Shown here piece after piece: positions 1 to 9,300 of a stretch of DNA of 64,000 nt (the first letter of the stretch is position 1; every line of letters begins with the position of its first letter). Made by a program: the position numbers and the translations under genes. The stretch is from Actinomycetes bacterium (GTDB lineage Bacteria; Planctomycetota; Phycisphaerae; JAACET01), in the NCBI GenBank assembly GCA_030614915.1, contig JAUXAG010000006.1:1263-65262 (forward strand), read 5' to 3'. The notes beneath the pieces are model-generated. The model saw nothing but the letters and a program-made list of their open reading frames with translations, was not told the origin of the DNA and did no database searches.

Positions 1-1322
1 GTACAAACGTTAGGCGAATAAGGGAGATTTTCACGGGCGTTGAAAATGACCCACTGATCCTGGGGCTCAGTCCAAGAAACCAGGGTCCGAAGGGCTTCTA
101 GATTATGTCTGTCGGAGAACTTCTTCTGGGGCTGAGCGATATCACGAACTATGCCGCCTATGGCAATGGTAGCCATTACGGCTGTGGCAATATAGAACCC
201 TCTGATCAGTCGGCGGCGATCGAGCCAGAAGCGCAGAGCTGAGGATAAACCCACTCCGGCCAAGAGGCAAAAGGCCGGGGCTAGGTGCTGGGAAATGCGG
301 GCACTGGTACCGTAGGGATATTTGTGCATAGCCGCAGCGACCAACATCAAAGGCAGGGGGCCCAAAAGCAAAAGCAATAACGGTTTTTGTCGATTCCGCC
401 ACAAAGCTACGACACCGACTACTACCAGCAGGAATGTCAGTGTGCTGCCGAAGTTTTTGCCGCCGAGGGGATAGGCCATCATGTTGCCGGTGTGAACATC
501 CAGGAACCAGAACGGCAAACGCCAGGGCTGAGAAAAAGGAGGAAAAGAGATTGTCCAAGTGCGGATTTCCCGTATTCCCGCGGCTGAGGCTTCGTGGGCC
601 CGGATGTAAAACAGATACATAGCCAGAAAACTGGCCCCCAAGATGAGGGCATACAGCAAGAGCCATAGAAGGAGTTTTGCTGAGCGTTTCGGCCAAAGGC
701 TCCAGGCTAAGAACATGGCCACAGCGCCAGCGATGAACACCGCGGGATAGGAACACCAAACACCCAGGGCTGCGGCAAGAATAAGCCCAAGCCAGCGAAT
801 GACACTATCGCTTCGACGATATACCGCCCACCCCAGCCAGAGCAAAACGAGCGAAACTGCCAAATCCTGGGCGTAGGGTTTGACTTCGGTAGAGTGGCGG
901 ACTACGTAAAATGAGGCAGCGAATATGGCAATAGCCAGCAGGGCAGCGTGTTTATCTAAGACGCGCCGCCCAAAGCGCCAGAACAGGAGCATGGAAAACA
1001 GTCCACACAAAAAGGCAGGTGTGCGGAGGGCCAATACCGAAAAACCCAAGAGTCGTGAGACGGCGAGCTCGGCCCACATGAAAGCCAAGGGGGCAATTTG
1101 GGCGTGCTCGAGGGGTTTGAACATATCGGCAAAGCCGCGGTCGTAGAGGCTGGCAACGATGAAGGCTTCGTCGCCCCAGAGGGGGAAATGCACGGCGAAA
1201 CGAACGATTCGCCAGGCCAGGCCGAGGATGACCATGGCCAAGGTTAGGCGAATAATGGTCCGCGGGGCTGAATTCCGGCGAAGATCAGCCGGTTGAGCCG
1301 AGCTAGGTTTTAGTGAGGTCAT
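1..1322 (-). CDS. GT-C superfamily glycosyltransferase (GT39/GT83, ArnT/PMT-like) polytopic membrane protein; C-terminus runs off the window edge
   Basis: Reverse-strand frame translated by hand from the ATG at 1320-1322 (MTSLKPSS...MVILGLAWRIVRFAVHFPLWGDEAFIVASLYD...) is open all the way to position 1. It has multiple hydrophobic helices and the DE motif typical of PMT/ArnT first periplasmic loop. The ORF-track entry 142..759(-) is a different frame with no recognisable features. Confidence 0.55.
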   Translation of the reverse strand, partial: MTSLKPSSAQPADLRRNSAPRTIIRLTLAMVILGLAWRIVRFAVHFPLWGDEAFIVASLYDRGFADMFKPLEHAQIAPLAFMWAELAVSRLLGFSVLALRTPAFLCGLFSMLLFWRFGRRVLDKHAALLAIAIFAASFYVVRHSTEVKPYAQDLAVSLVLLWLGWAVYRRSDSVIRWLGLILAAALGVWCSYPAVFIAGAVAMFLAWSLWPKRSAKLLLWLLLYALILGASFLAMYLFYIRAHEASAAGIREIRTWTISFPPFSQPWRLPFWFLDVHTGNMMAYPLGGKNFGSTLTFLLVVVGVVALWRNRQKPLLLLLLGPLPLMLVAAAMHKYPYGTSARISQHLAPAFCLLAGVGLSSALRFWLDRRRLIRGFYIATAVMATIAIGGIVRDIAQPQKKFSDRHNLEALRTLVSWTEPQDQWVIFNARENLPYSPNVC

Positions 1323-1526
1323 ACGCCAGGCACGCCAGCAGCAAAGGTCCGGTTTGGATAATTGCGGCCCATCACAGGCAGATTATTTATACCCGTAATT
1401 GTCTCCAAGACAAGACTTTTCCAAAAGGCGAGGTTTTTTTAGGTCAAGTGGGGAACCACATGAAGGGGTTGGAGTCTAAACAAGTAGCCGGACGAGAGCA
1501 TGGGACCTTTTCGCGGAGGACTAGCG

Positions 1527-3809
1527 ATGAACAAGGCGATGACAGTAACGGTAATGGTGGCGATTCTGGCGGGGGCGGCGCTGACGGCACTGGCGGACGG
1601 GATGATCGTGCCGACACGGGAGGACCTGCGGGTACGGGGCATGTGGGCGGTCAAATATCACCACGTGAAGATGATCGTGCGCGACCAGGTAGCTTCGGTG
1701 AACATAACCCAGGAGTTTTACAATACTTCCAAGCAGGCCATCGAGGTGGAGTATATGTTTCCGGTTCCACCGGGCGCGGCCATCGACGCCATGACCATGA
1801 TAGTGGACGGCAAGGAATTCAGCGGAAGACTTCTGCCCGCGGACGAGGCCCGGAAGATTTATGAGGATATCGTCCGGCGCAAAAAGGACCCCGCCCTGCT
1901 GGAGTATGTGGGCTTCGGGCTCTACCGCACCAGGGCCTTTCCACTGGAGCCCGGCAAACCGGTGCAGGTGATTGTCCACTACAATCAGGTATGCAAAAAA
2001 GACAACGATCTGGTGGAGGTGTTTTATCCGCTGAATACGGAAAAGTTCTCGGCCAAGGAGATCGACGAGGTGAAAGTAACGGTGGACATCAAGAGCCAAG
2101 CGGACATTACGGCGGTTTACAGTCCCACCCATGATTTAAAGACTGAACGCAAGGGACCCGCCCATGTGATTGTAAGCTACGAAGTGAAAAAGGCGATTCC
2201 CAACACAGATTTCGTGGTGTTTTACAAGGCCAAGAATGAGCAGATTGGGGCGACGCTGCTGAGTTATCAACCGGATTCGAAAAAGGATGGGTATTTTTTG
2301 CTGTTGGCCAGTCCAAATCCCAAGACCGGGCAACAGGTGGTGCAGCCCAAAGATATTGTTCTGGTGATCGACCGGTCGGGCTCGATGAGCGCTAATGACA
2401 AGATCGAGCAGGCTAAAGATGCGTTGAGCTTTATTCTGAAAAACCTTAATGCCGAAGATCGTTTCGAGGTGGTCATGTTCAACGATTCGATTGAGAGTTT
2501 CTTCGACGATCTTACGGCCTGTGATCCGGAGCATATAAAGCAAGCCCTGGACATGGTTGACAGGATCGAGGCCCGGGGAGGCACAAATATCCATAAGGCT
2601 CTGGAAAGAGCGTTCCAGACGCTGACGGCCTCGGCGGCTGATCGGCCCAAGTACATAATTTTCCTGACGGACGGTCTGCCAACGGTGGGCCAAACCAATG
2701 AAGGCAAGATAATTGCGGCCTCGGTCAAGGACAATACGGCCAAGGCTCGGCTTTTCGCCTTGGGTGTGGGCTATGATGTCAATGTTCGACTGCTGGACAA
2801 GCTGGTAGCTGAAAATCAGGGCTTGAGCGACTACGTCAAGCCAGGCGAGCCGCTGGAGGCCAAGGTGTCCAATATGTATGCCAAGATAAAGAACCCGGTG
2901 ATGACCAACATAGCGATTAGCCTCGAAGGGGTGAAGCTCAAGCAGATTTACCCGAGGGTGATTCCGGATTTGTTCGACGGGTCGGAATTGCTGTTAGTGG
3001 GGCGTTACGACGCGGCTGACGTGCAAGAATTGCCCAGGGGCTCGGCGATGCGCAAAAGCACTCTGGTAATTACGGGCAAATATCATGGGCAAGAGCGGGG
3101 CTTTGAGTATCCGGTGGCAATAAAGCCGGGGCAAAGGAACCGGATGTATAGTTTCGTCGAACGGCTCTGGGCTGTGCGCCGAGTCGGATTCCTGCTAGAT
3201 GAGATTCAACTGCACGGCAAGAACAAGGAAGTAATCGACGAGATCGTCCGCCTCTCCCGCGATTACGGGATTATGACACCCTACACCAGCTTCCTGGCGG
3301 ATGAGGACACAAAACTGACAAGCACGGAGGAACTACGTGTGCGGGGCATGCGGTCGTCCAGTAGGCTGAGTAAAGAGGTCGCCAATGTAATGGGGCAAAC
3401 GCATGCCATGAATCGGCAGGCGTTTAATACGGCCCTACGAGTTGCCCCGCAGTCCGAGGCCGTGCCGGTGGACAAGGCTGGCAAACCGCTTAGAGACGCA
3501 GGAGTGAGGAGTCTGGGCTACAAGACGGCAGATGCTTACGAGGCTGGTGAGCGGGAGGTGTACACCACAGTCCGCAACGTAGGCAACCAAGCTTTCTATC
3601 GGCGGGGGCGGGTGTGGGTAACGCCCAAGACCTCCCAGCTTGATCTGAAAAAGGACAAGGACAAGATCAGGGTCATCCAGCGATACTCCGAGGAGTATTT
3701 CGAGCTGGCGCTGGCCAATACGGTGGAGGAAAACCAGATATTGGCCAGCCAGGGGCCGGACGAGGAGCTTCTGGTGAACTTCCGCTCGCAGGTGTATCTG
3801 ATTCAATAG
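1527..3809 (+). CDS. Secreted VIT (vault/inter-alpha-trypsin) + von Willebrand factor A domain protein
   Basis: N-terminal signal-like MNKAMTVTVMVAILAGAALTALA. VIT-like N-terminal region. vWA MIDAS motif DRSGSMS followed by ...FNDS... and ...FLTDGLPTVG. The ORF could also start at 1500. Confidence 0.85.
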   Translation: MNKAMTVTVMVAILAGAALTALADGMIVPTREDLRVRGMWAVKYHHVKMIVRDQVASVNITQEFYNTSKQAIEVEYMFPVPPGAAIDAMTMIVDGKEFSGRLLPADEARKIYEDIVRRKKDPALLEYVGFGLYRTRAFPLEPGKPVQVIVHYNQVCKKDNDLVEVFYPLNTEKFSAKEIDEVKVTVDIKSQADITAVYSPTHDLKTERKGPAHVIVSYEVKKAIPNTDFVVFYKAKNEQIGATLLSYQPDSKKDGYFLLLASPNPKTGQQVVQPKDIVLVIDRSGSMSANDKIEQAKDALSFILKNLNAEDRFEVVMFNDSIESFFDDLTACDPEHIKQALDMVDRIEARGGTNIHKALERAFQTLTASAADRPKYIIFLTDGLPTVGQTNEGKIIAASVKDNTAKARLFALGVGYDVNVRLLDKLVAENQGLSDYVKPGEPLEAKVSNMYAKIKNPVMTNIAISLEGVKLKQIYPRVIPDLFDGSELLLVGRYDAADVQELPRGSAMRKSTLVITGKYHGQERGFEYPVAIKPGQRNRMYSFVERLWAVRRVGFLLDEIQLHGKNKEVIDEIVRLSRDYGIMTPYTSFLADEDTKLTSTEELRVRGMRSSSRLSKEVANVMGQTHAMNRQAFNTALRVAPQSEAVPVDKAGKPLRDAGVRSLGYKTADAYEAGEREVYTTVRNVGNQAFYRRGRVWVTPKTSQLDLKKDKDKIRVIQRYSEEYFELALANTVEENQILASQGPDEELLVNFRSQVYLIQ

Positions 3810-3838
3810 GCACCGACTGGGGAGTCGGCACGGCTGAC

Positions 3839-3862
3839 GGGGGCCTTGAAATACAGGCCCCC
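3839..3862 (+). terminator. Conserved GC hairpin motif (GGGGGCC-N10-GGCCCCC) 3' of VIT-vWA gene, preceded by a second hairpin (3813-3828); no U-tract
   Basis: Stems 3839-3845 and 3856-3862, loop ttgaaataca. Near-identical copy at 5787-5810. Upstream hairpin ccgact-gggg-agtcgg at 3813-3828. Confidence 0.5.
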
Positions 3863-3931
3863 TCAGCGTAACATCCGGGGTAAGTATTTTGCCAAGCAAT
3901 TATTGTTAGAGCTTTTTGGAAGGAGCGAAAA

Positions 3932-5743
3932 ATGAAAACGAGAACACAAATCTTCGTCCTGGCTGCGGTGCTGTCTTATCTGCTGACGGCAAGTGCTCTT
4001 GCTGAAGTGTCCGCGATAACCGGCACGATCTCAAAGGTAACGGCCTATCGTGGTCAGGCCTTAGTCACACGTACAATTAGTGTTGAGCTGGCCCCAGGCA
4101 CTTCTGAGCTGATAGTCGGAAACTTGCCCGCCAAGATCATCCCTGAAAGTCTATACGCCCAGACTTCCGAGAATCTTACCGTACTTAGCGTACGTTACCG
4201 TGAGCGGGCAGTCCGAGCCGACACCAGAGAAGAAGTCAAGGCCCTTGATGCTCAGATCAAAACCGTCAGGAATCAGCTTCGCTATGCCGAGAGAGATCAC
4301 AAGCATGGCGGTAATCTTTGGGCTAAGTATGACAATATATGGAAACTGGCTGTTGATGCAAGCCATGTCGATTTGAACAGGGGTCTTCTGGCATCCGAAC
4401 AGATCCAGTCGCTGGCAGAGTACCTGCAGAGCAAATGGAATACATTGCATCAAAATGCCTTGAAACTGGAAGACCAGATGGCCGAACTGAAGGAGCAGTT
4501 GGAACTGCTCAATCGCAAGCGCAAGGCGCTTGATACGGGCAGATCTCGTACCGAGCGTGAGGCTGTATTATTTATCAGAAAAGATGGGAACAAGAAGGCC
4601 GCCATAGAGCTGAGCTACTTAGTGAACGGAGCCAATTGGCTGCCACAATATAACCTTCGAGCCAATCCCGACAAGTCAACCGTTCTGATTGAATACAACG
4701 CTGTAGTCAATCAGACCAGTGGTGAAGACTGGAACGGAGTGGCCTTGAGCCTTTCAACTGCCGAGCCGGCTATGGTGGCTGGAGCTCCGGTCTTGGAGCC
4801 AATGGCAGTCGTTCTTGCCAGCCGACGGCCTACCGAAAAACCAAGCTCACAAATATCTGCCGGCGTGCCGATGCAAGTAGACAGGCCTGGCGGGCTTAAT
4901 GGAAGGTATATCGATCGATCCAAACATTTTAGAGAGCTGATTAAATCTCGTCGTACACAAAGCACAAAAGGCGCTGCAGCTCAAAAGCAACTTGGACAGA
5001 TTGCTATTACTAACCAAGCCTTGGAGTTCGGTGCTACGCGGAAAGATTTAGAGAGGATGAAAGAACAGATAAGTGAGATTGCCCGCATCGAGGGTGTCAG
5101 TGTTACCTATAACTTGCCCGGCAAGCTGAGTCTGCCCAGCCGAACCGACCAGCAACTGGTAACCGTAGCGGCAGTTTCAGCAGAGGCCGACTTCACGCTT
5201 GTAGCTACACCTTTGCTGACTGATTACGTGTATTTGCAGGCAGAGCTGCTCAATGACAGCAAGACCATTTTCCTGCCAGGACCGGCCAGCATGTTTAGAA
5301 ACGGCGAATTCGTCGGCAAGAGCAACCTGCCAATAGTCACCGTGGGCGAGAAGTTCACCGCCGGCTTCGGCATTGATTCTCAGATTCAAGCAGTACGCGA
5401 GCTTGAAGATAAGAAGACACGGATCCAAGGCGGTAATCGCATAGATACATACCACTATCGTATTGCCTTGAGCAATTATAGGGGTACACCGGCTGAACTG
5501 CGGCTGTTGGATCGCTTGCCATCCACGGATGATAATTCCATCAAGATAGAACTGCTCAAAACTGCCCCCGAACTAAGTAAGAACGCTGAGTATCTACGCA
5601 CCTTGAGGAAAAAGGGAATTCTCCGCTGGGATATGAATCTCAAGCCGAATTCTGTTGATCAAAACGCGACGGTGGTGAACTACAGTTTCACAATGGAGTA
5701 TGACAAGAATATGCAAATTCGACCAAGTCGAGCAGGCAATTGA
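3932..5743 (+). CDS. DUF4139/DUF4140 (TIGR02231, mucoidy-inhibitor MuiA-like) secreted protein
   Basis: Signal peptide MKTRTQIFVLAAVLSYLLTASALA. Length and coiled-coil-rich middle region typical of the family. RBS ggaagga upstream of the start codon. Confidence 0.75.
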   Translation: MKTRTQIFVLAAVLSYLLTASALAEVSAITGTISKVTAYRGQALVTRTISVELAPGTSELIVGNLPAKIIPESLYAQTSENLTVLSVRYRERAVRADTREEVKALDAQIKTVRNQLRYAERDHKHGGNLWAKYDNIWKLAVDASHVDLNRGLLASEQIQSLAEYLQSKWNTLHQNALKLEDQMAELKEQLELLNRKRKALDTGRSRTEREAVLFIRKDGNKKAAIELSYLVNGANWLPQYNLRANPDKSTVLIEYNAVVNQTSGEDWNGVALSLSTAEPAMVAGAPVLEPMAVVLASRRPTEKPSSQISAGVPMQVDRPGGLNGRYIDRSKHFRELIKSRRTQSTKGAAAQKQLGQIAITNQALEFGATRKDLERMKEQISEIARIEGVSVTYNLPGKLSLPSRTDQQLVTVAAVSAEADFTLVATPLLTDYVYLQAELLNDSKTIFLPGPASMFRNGEFVGKSNLPIVTVGEKFTAGFGIDSQIQAVRELEDKKTRIQGGNRIDTYHYRIALSNYRGTPAELRLLDRLPSTDDNSIKIELLKTAPELSKNAEYLRTLRKKGILRWDMNLKPNSVDQNATVVNYSFTMEYDKNMQIRPSRAGN

Positions 5744-5786
5744 TTCAATAAACGCTCTAGGGAATCCGCACAGCTGGCAGGGCCAA

Positions 5787-5810
5787 GGGGGCCTGGAAAC
5801 ACAGGCCCCC
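5787..5810 (+). terminator. Second copy of the conserved GGGGGCC-N10-GGCCCCC hairpin motif, 3' of the DUF4139 gene
   Basis: gggggcc tggaaacaca ggccccc tcag. It differs from the 3839-3862 copy by about 3 substitutions over 28 nt, and the loop is conserved. Confidence 0.5.
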
Positions 5811-5938
5811 TCAGTGCGAGGGGCGAGATAGGGCGAAGCTATTTGCCAATAATATATGATGTTGGCGGCAGTATTCCTGTCATAACTGACTGGATTATAG
5901 GAGGCTAGAACCAATCAAGAATTCTTTTTATTTTCTTG

Positions 5939-5992
5939 TTGACGTGTTGTACAAATGTACGATAATAATACTCGTACACACGTAAAAGGAGG
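5939..5992 (+). promoter_or_regulatory. Sigma70-like promoter with BlaI/MecI-type TACA/TGTA operator dyad upstream of blaI
   Basis: TTGACG (5939-5944), then 16 nt, then GATAAT (5961-5966). Palindrome GTACAAATGTAC (5949-5960) lies between -35 and -10. Weaker TAC-N4-GTA dyad at 5975-5984. RBS aaaggagg sits 6 nt before the ATG at 5998. Confidence 0.55.
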
Positions 5993-5997
5993 CCATT

Positions 5998-6378
5998 ATG
6001 TCCAGAAAGCGCTTACCGGCCTTGAGTCCCGCCGAAACCGAGATTCTCAGACTGGTCTGGCTGCTGGGCAGAGGAACCGTGCAGCAGGTGTGCGACAAAC
6101 TGCCCCCCAGACGCCGGATCGCCTATGCGACGGTACAGACGCTTCTGCGCCGGCTGGAAAAGAAGGGCTACGTCAGGCACGAGTCCCAAGGCAAAGCCCA
6201 TGTATTTTCCCCAGCCGCCGAGCGTGAGGAAGTAATTAGAAGAACCGTGGGAGATTTTGTAGATCGGCTCTTTGGCGGCGACCCGCTGCCGCTGATGCTG
6301 CATCTGGCCGATCACAGCAAGCTCGACGCTGATAATCTCAAACGGCTCAAGAAATTCTTCGCTAAAAAAAAACCTTAA
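5998..6378 (+). CDS. blaI: BlaI/MecI/CopY-family transcriptional repressor (penicillinase repressor fold)
   Basis: 126 aa. Winged-helix N-terminal region (LSPAETEILRLVWLLGRGTVQQVCDKL...ATVQTLLRRLEKKGYV) with C-terminal dimerisation helix. Immediately upstream of an M56 peptidase gene. Confidence 0.85.
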   Translation: MSRKRLPALSPAETEILRLVWLLGRGTVQQVCDKLPPRRRIAYATVQTLLRRLEKKGYVRHESQGKAHVFSPAAEREEVIRRTVGDFVDRLFGGDPLPLMLHLADHSKLDADNLKRLKKFFAKKKP

Positions 6379-6393
6379 TCAGAGAGTCGGACA

Positions 6394-9300
6394 ATGCAAA
6401 ACGCTCTAAACGAAATAGCAAGTTATCTTTTGGGCCAAAGTTGGCAGATTGCTGCGGTTTTTCTCGTGGTGGCTGGGGCCTGTTGGGTATTGCGCAAGTC
6501 CAGCGCCCATTGGCGGTATCTGCTCTGGCTGATTGTGCTGGCTAAGTGCCTTGTTCCACCGCTTCTCAGCGTGCCCGTGGCTGTCCTGCCTGCATTACCA
6601 ACAGCAGCCCAGAAGAGTCTATCGGCCCAAGCGCCCGCAGCCACAGTTGTGCTTCCTGAAGCCAGCGTACTGCCCTTGGCCGTAGCACCGAGCGAAGTGC
6701 CTGTTGCTGAGCCTCTCGAGATACCGCCGCAACCAACGTTCGAGCCGACAATACAGCCGAGCCTTACCTTTGCCCAGTGGCTCTGTGTAGCTTGGATGGC
6801 TGGGGCAGCAGCTTTTCTCTTATTCTGCTTATTCAAAGCCTGGCGGACGCAGGACCGACTCAGGCGGACTCGGCGAGCTGCAAACGCTGACTTGCAAGCT
6901 GAAGTGGCCCAGTTGGCTGCTCGGCTGGGCTTTGGCATGGTTCCTAAGATATGGCTGGTAGACGGAATCAGCCAGCCGTTCGTTTGGGGGCTGCTTAGAG
7001 GGGGCATTTACTTGCCGGGCAATTTCGAGGGCATCTGCAAGGCTGAGGATCGCCGGGGAATATTGATGCACGAGTTGGCTCACGTATCGCGCTGGGACGC
7101 GGCTGTCAACAGTTTGCAAGTCCTGGTTCAGGCGGCCTTTTTCTTTCATCCGCTGGTATGGTGGGCCAATAGGAAAATCCGGCAGGAACGGGAAAAGTGC
7201 TGCGACGAAGTAGCTATTGCCAGCCTGGCCGCCAAGCCCAAGCAGTACGGCAGTGCCATCGTCGAGGTTCTGGTCAACGAATACGAATCAAGCAAGCCCG
7301 TGCCCTCTTTGGCTGTGGCTGGGCCGGTGAAGAACATTGAAGAAAGGATAAAGACCATGATGAGGCCCAACAAGAAATTCTACAAGCGGCCCACATGGTT
7401 AGCCGTGATTAGCGTCTTGATCGTGGCTGCTCTGGTCATCCCAACAGCTCTGACGCTTACCGCCCGGGCGGAACAAACAGCGCAAAAGCGTCATTTCGAA
7501 ATCAGCGGCATAATGCTTCCGAAGAATCTGTGGGATCAGCTCCTTTTGTACTATTCATTTGACCAGATAATAGACAAATCAAAAGTCATCGACCTCTCCG
7601 GTGAGGGCCATCACGGGCAAGTGTATGGTGCAAAGCACAGAGTAGATGAGCAGCGGGCTGGTGCAATGAGCTTCGACGGACAGGACGATTATATAAGTAT
7701 ACCCGAATTGGAGCTCAGAGAGTATAGCTTCACAGCGTGGGTAAAAACATCACAGACAGGACGCTCGCTCAACAACCGTAGGATATTCATGCTGGATGCA
7801 GGCAAACATTTCTACAGCATAGAGGGCAACGTCGGTGGAGGATTAAGTACATACGCAACCCAGCAGATGGAGGTTAACGAGTACGACTGGCAGTTTGCAC
7901 CGAACTTATGGACGCATATAACAGTTACCTTCGACGGTTCGACGATAAAGATATACATAAATGGAGAGCTTACGGAAAGCGGAGGGGAGAGCATCTTTAG
8001 CATCAACCGAGCCCTCAAGGGTGAAGCCCGCCTCGGTGGCAACGCCAGTTTCAACGGCGGTTTTTGGCAGGGGGTGATAGATGAAGTAATGTTGTTCAAC
8101 CGGGCTCTGACCAAAGCCGAAGTGGCCCAGCTTCTTAAGGCGACCGGCGGTACGTCAGAATCGGCTGTTGTCGGCCAGCCGGCTGAGCGGCTCAGCGAGG
8201 GATTGGTTGCCTATTACCCCTTTGAGGGTGATGCTAAGGACGCGAGCGGCAAGGACAACCACGGCACGCCCCGTGACCAAGTTGACTACGTCCAGGGGAG
8301 ATTCGGCAAAGCTGCCCATTTTGATAGTTCCAAAGGCAGCCATATCGACCTGGGACATTATGGGGGCTTCGATGTTAATTATCTGACTCAAACCGTTGTC
8401 GTATCTGCTTGGGTAAAGGGAAGCAACGGTGTACTGTTCTCAGACAACACAGCAACGGGGTGGTATGACTTTGGATTAGAAGAAGGTAAGGCTGCCTTGT
8501 GGTACAGACCGAGTGCTTGGGGTGCTCGTGAAAAACTACTGTCATCACGAAGAATTGACGACGACAAATTTCATCATATCCTTGGCGTAATTGATGGATA
8601 CAAATTTTCCTTATACATCGATGGCGTTTTGGATAAGTCCCATACATTTTCGGTGCCAAAGCTTCTCTGGAGTGGGACCACACCCAACGGCTCAAGTGGC
8701 GTATCCATCGGCGCATGCGGTTTCAAAAAGCCAAACGGTAAGCCTGAATGGGGTTATTTCGACGGAACGGTGGATGAATTGCGCATTTATAACCGCGAGC
8801 TGGCCGCAGAAGAGATCCGCAGCCTTTGCAACTTAAAAGCAACAGCCGGCAGCGCAACACCACAGCCCGCCGCGCAGACGGCTGAGCGGTTCAGCGAGCA
8901 AACGCAAAAGGTTGTCGGGCAACTCAAGGCTTATGAAACGGACCTAAAGATGAAACTGGCGGAGCAGCGAACAAGGTTGGGGCCAGACCACGTGCTCATT
9001 AAAGGACTCGAAGAACGGCTCAGGATTGTTCGCAGGGACATAGCCAGTCTAACTGCCAAAACCGCCGGATCTCCCGCCACGCAGCCAAACAACGCGACAG
9101 AGCAGGCTGAAACCATGTACGGATTGTTCAGCCTGCTCGCGGCCGAGGACGATTTCCGGGAACAAGGAAGAGAGGTAGTCATTGGTTGGACCGGACAAAA
9201 GGTGGCTATTCCGGGCCCTCCGGCTTTCCCTGAATGGATTAAGGACACCTCGGAGTGGCAAAGTTGGAGGAGGAAAAAGAATGTTAGAACACTGACAACA

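Noticed and set aside
142-759. ORF-track 205-aa minus-strand ORF
   Set aside because: It is in the wrong frame. A different minus-strand frame is open from 1322 to 1 and encodes a coherent polytopic GT-C glycosyltransferase-like protein, while this frame is low-complexity R/S/P-rich.
1313-1864. 183-aa plus-strand ORF
   Set aside because: It is Gly/Arg-rich low complexity, antisense to the glycosyltransferase gene start, and overlaps the real VIT-vWA start.
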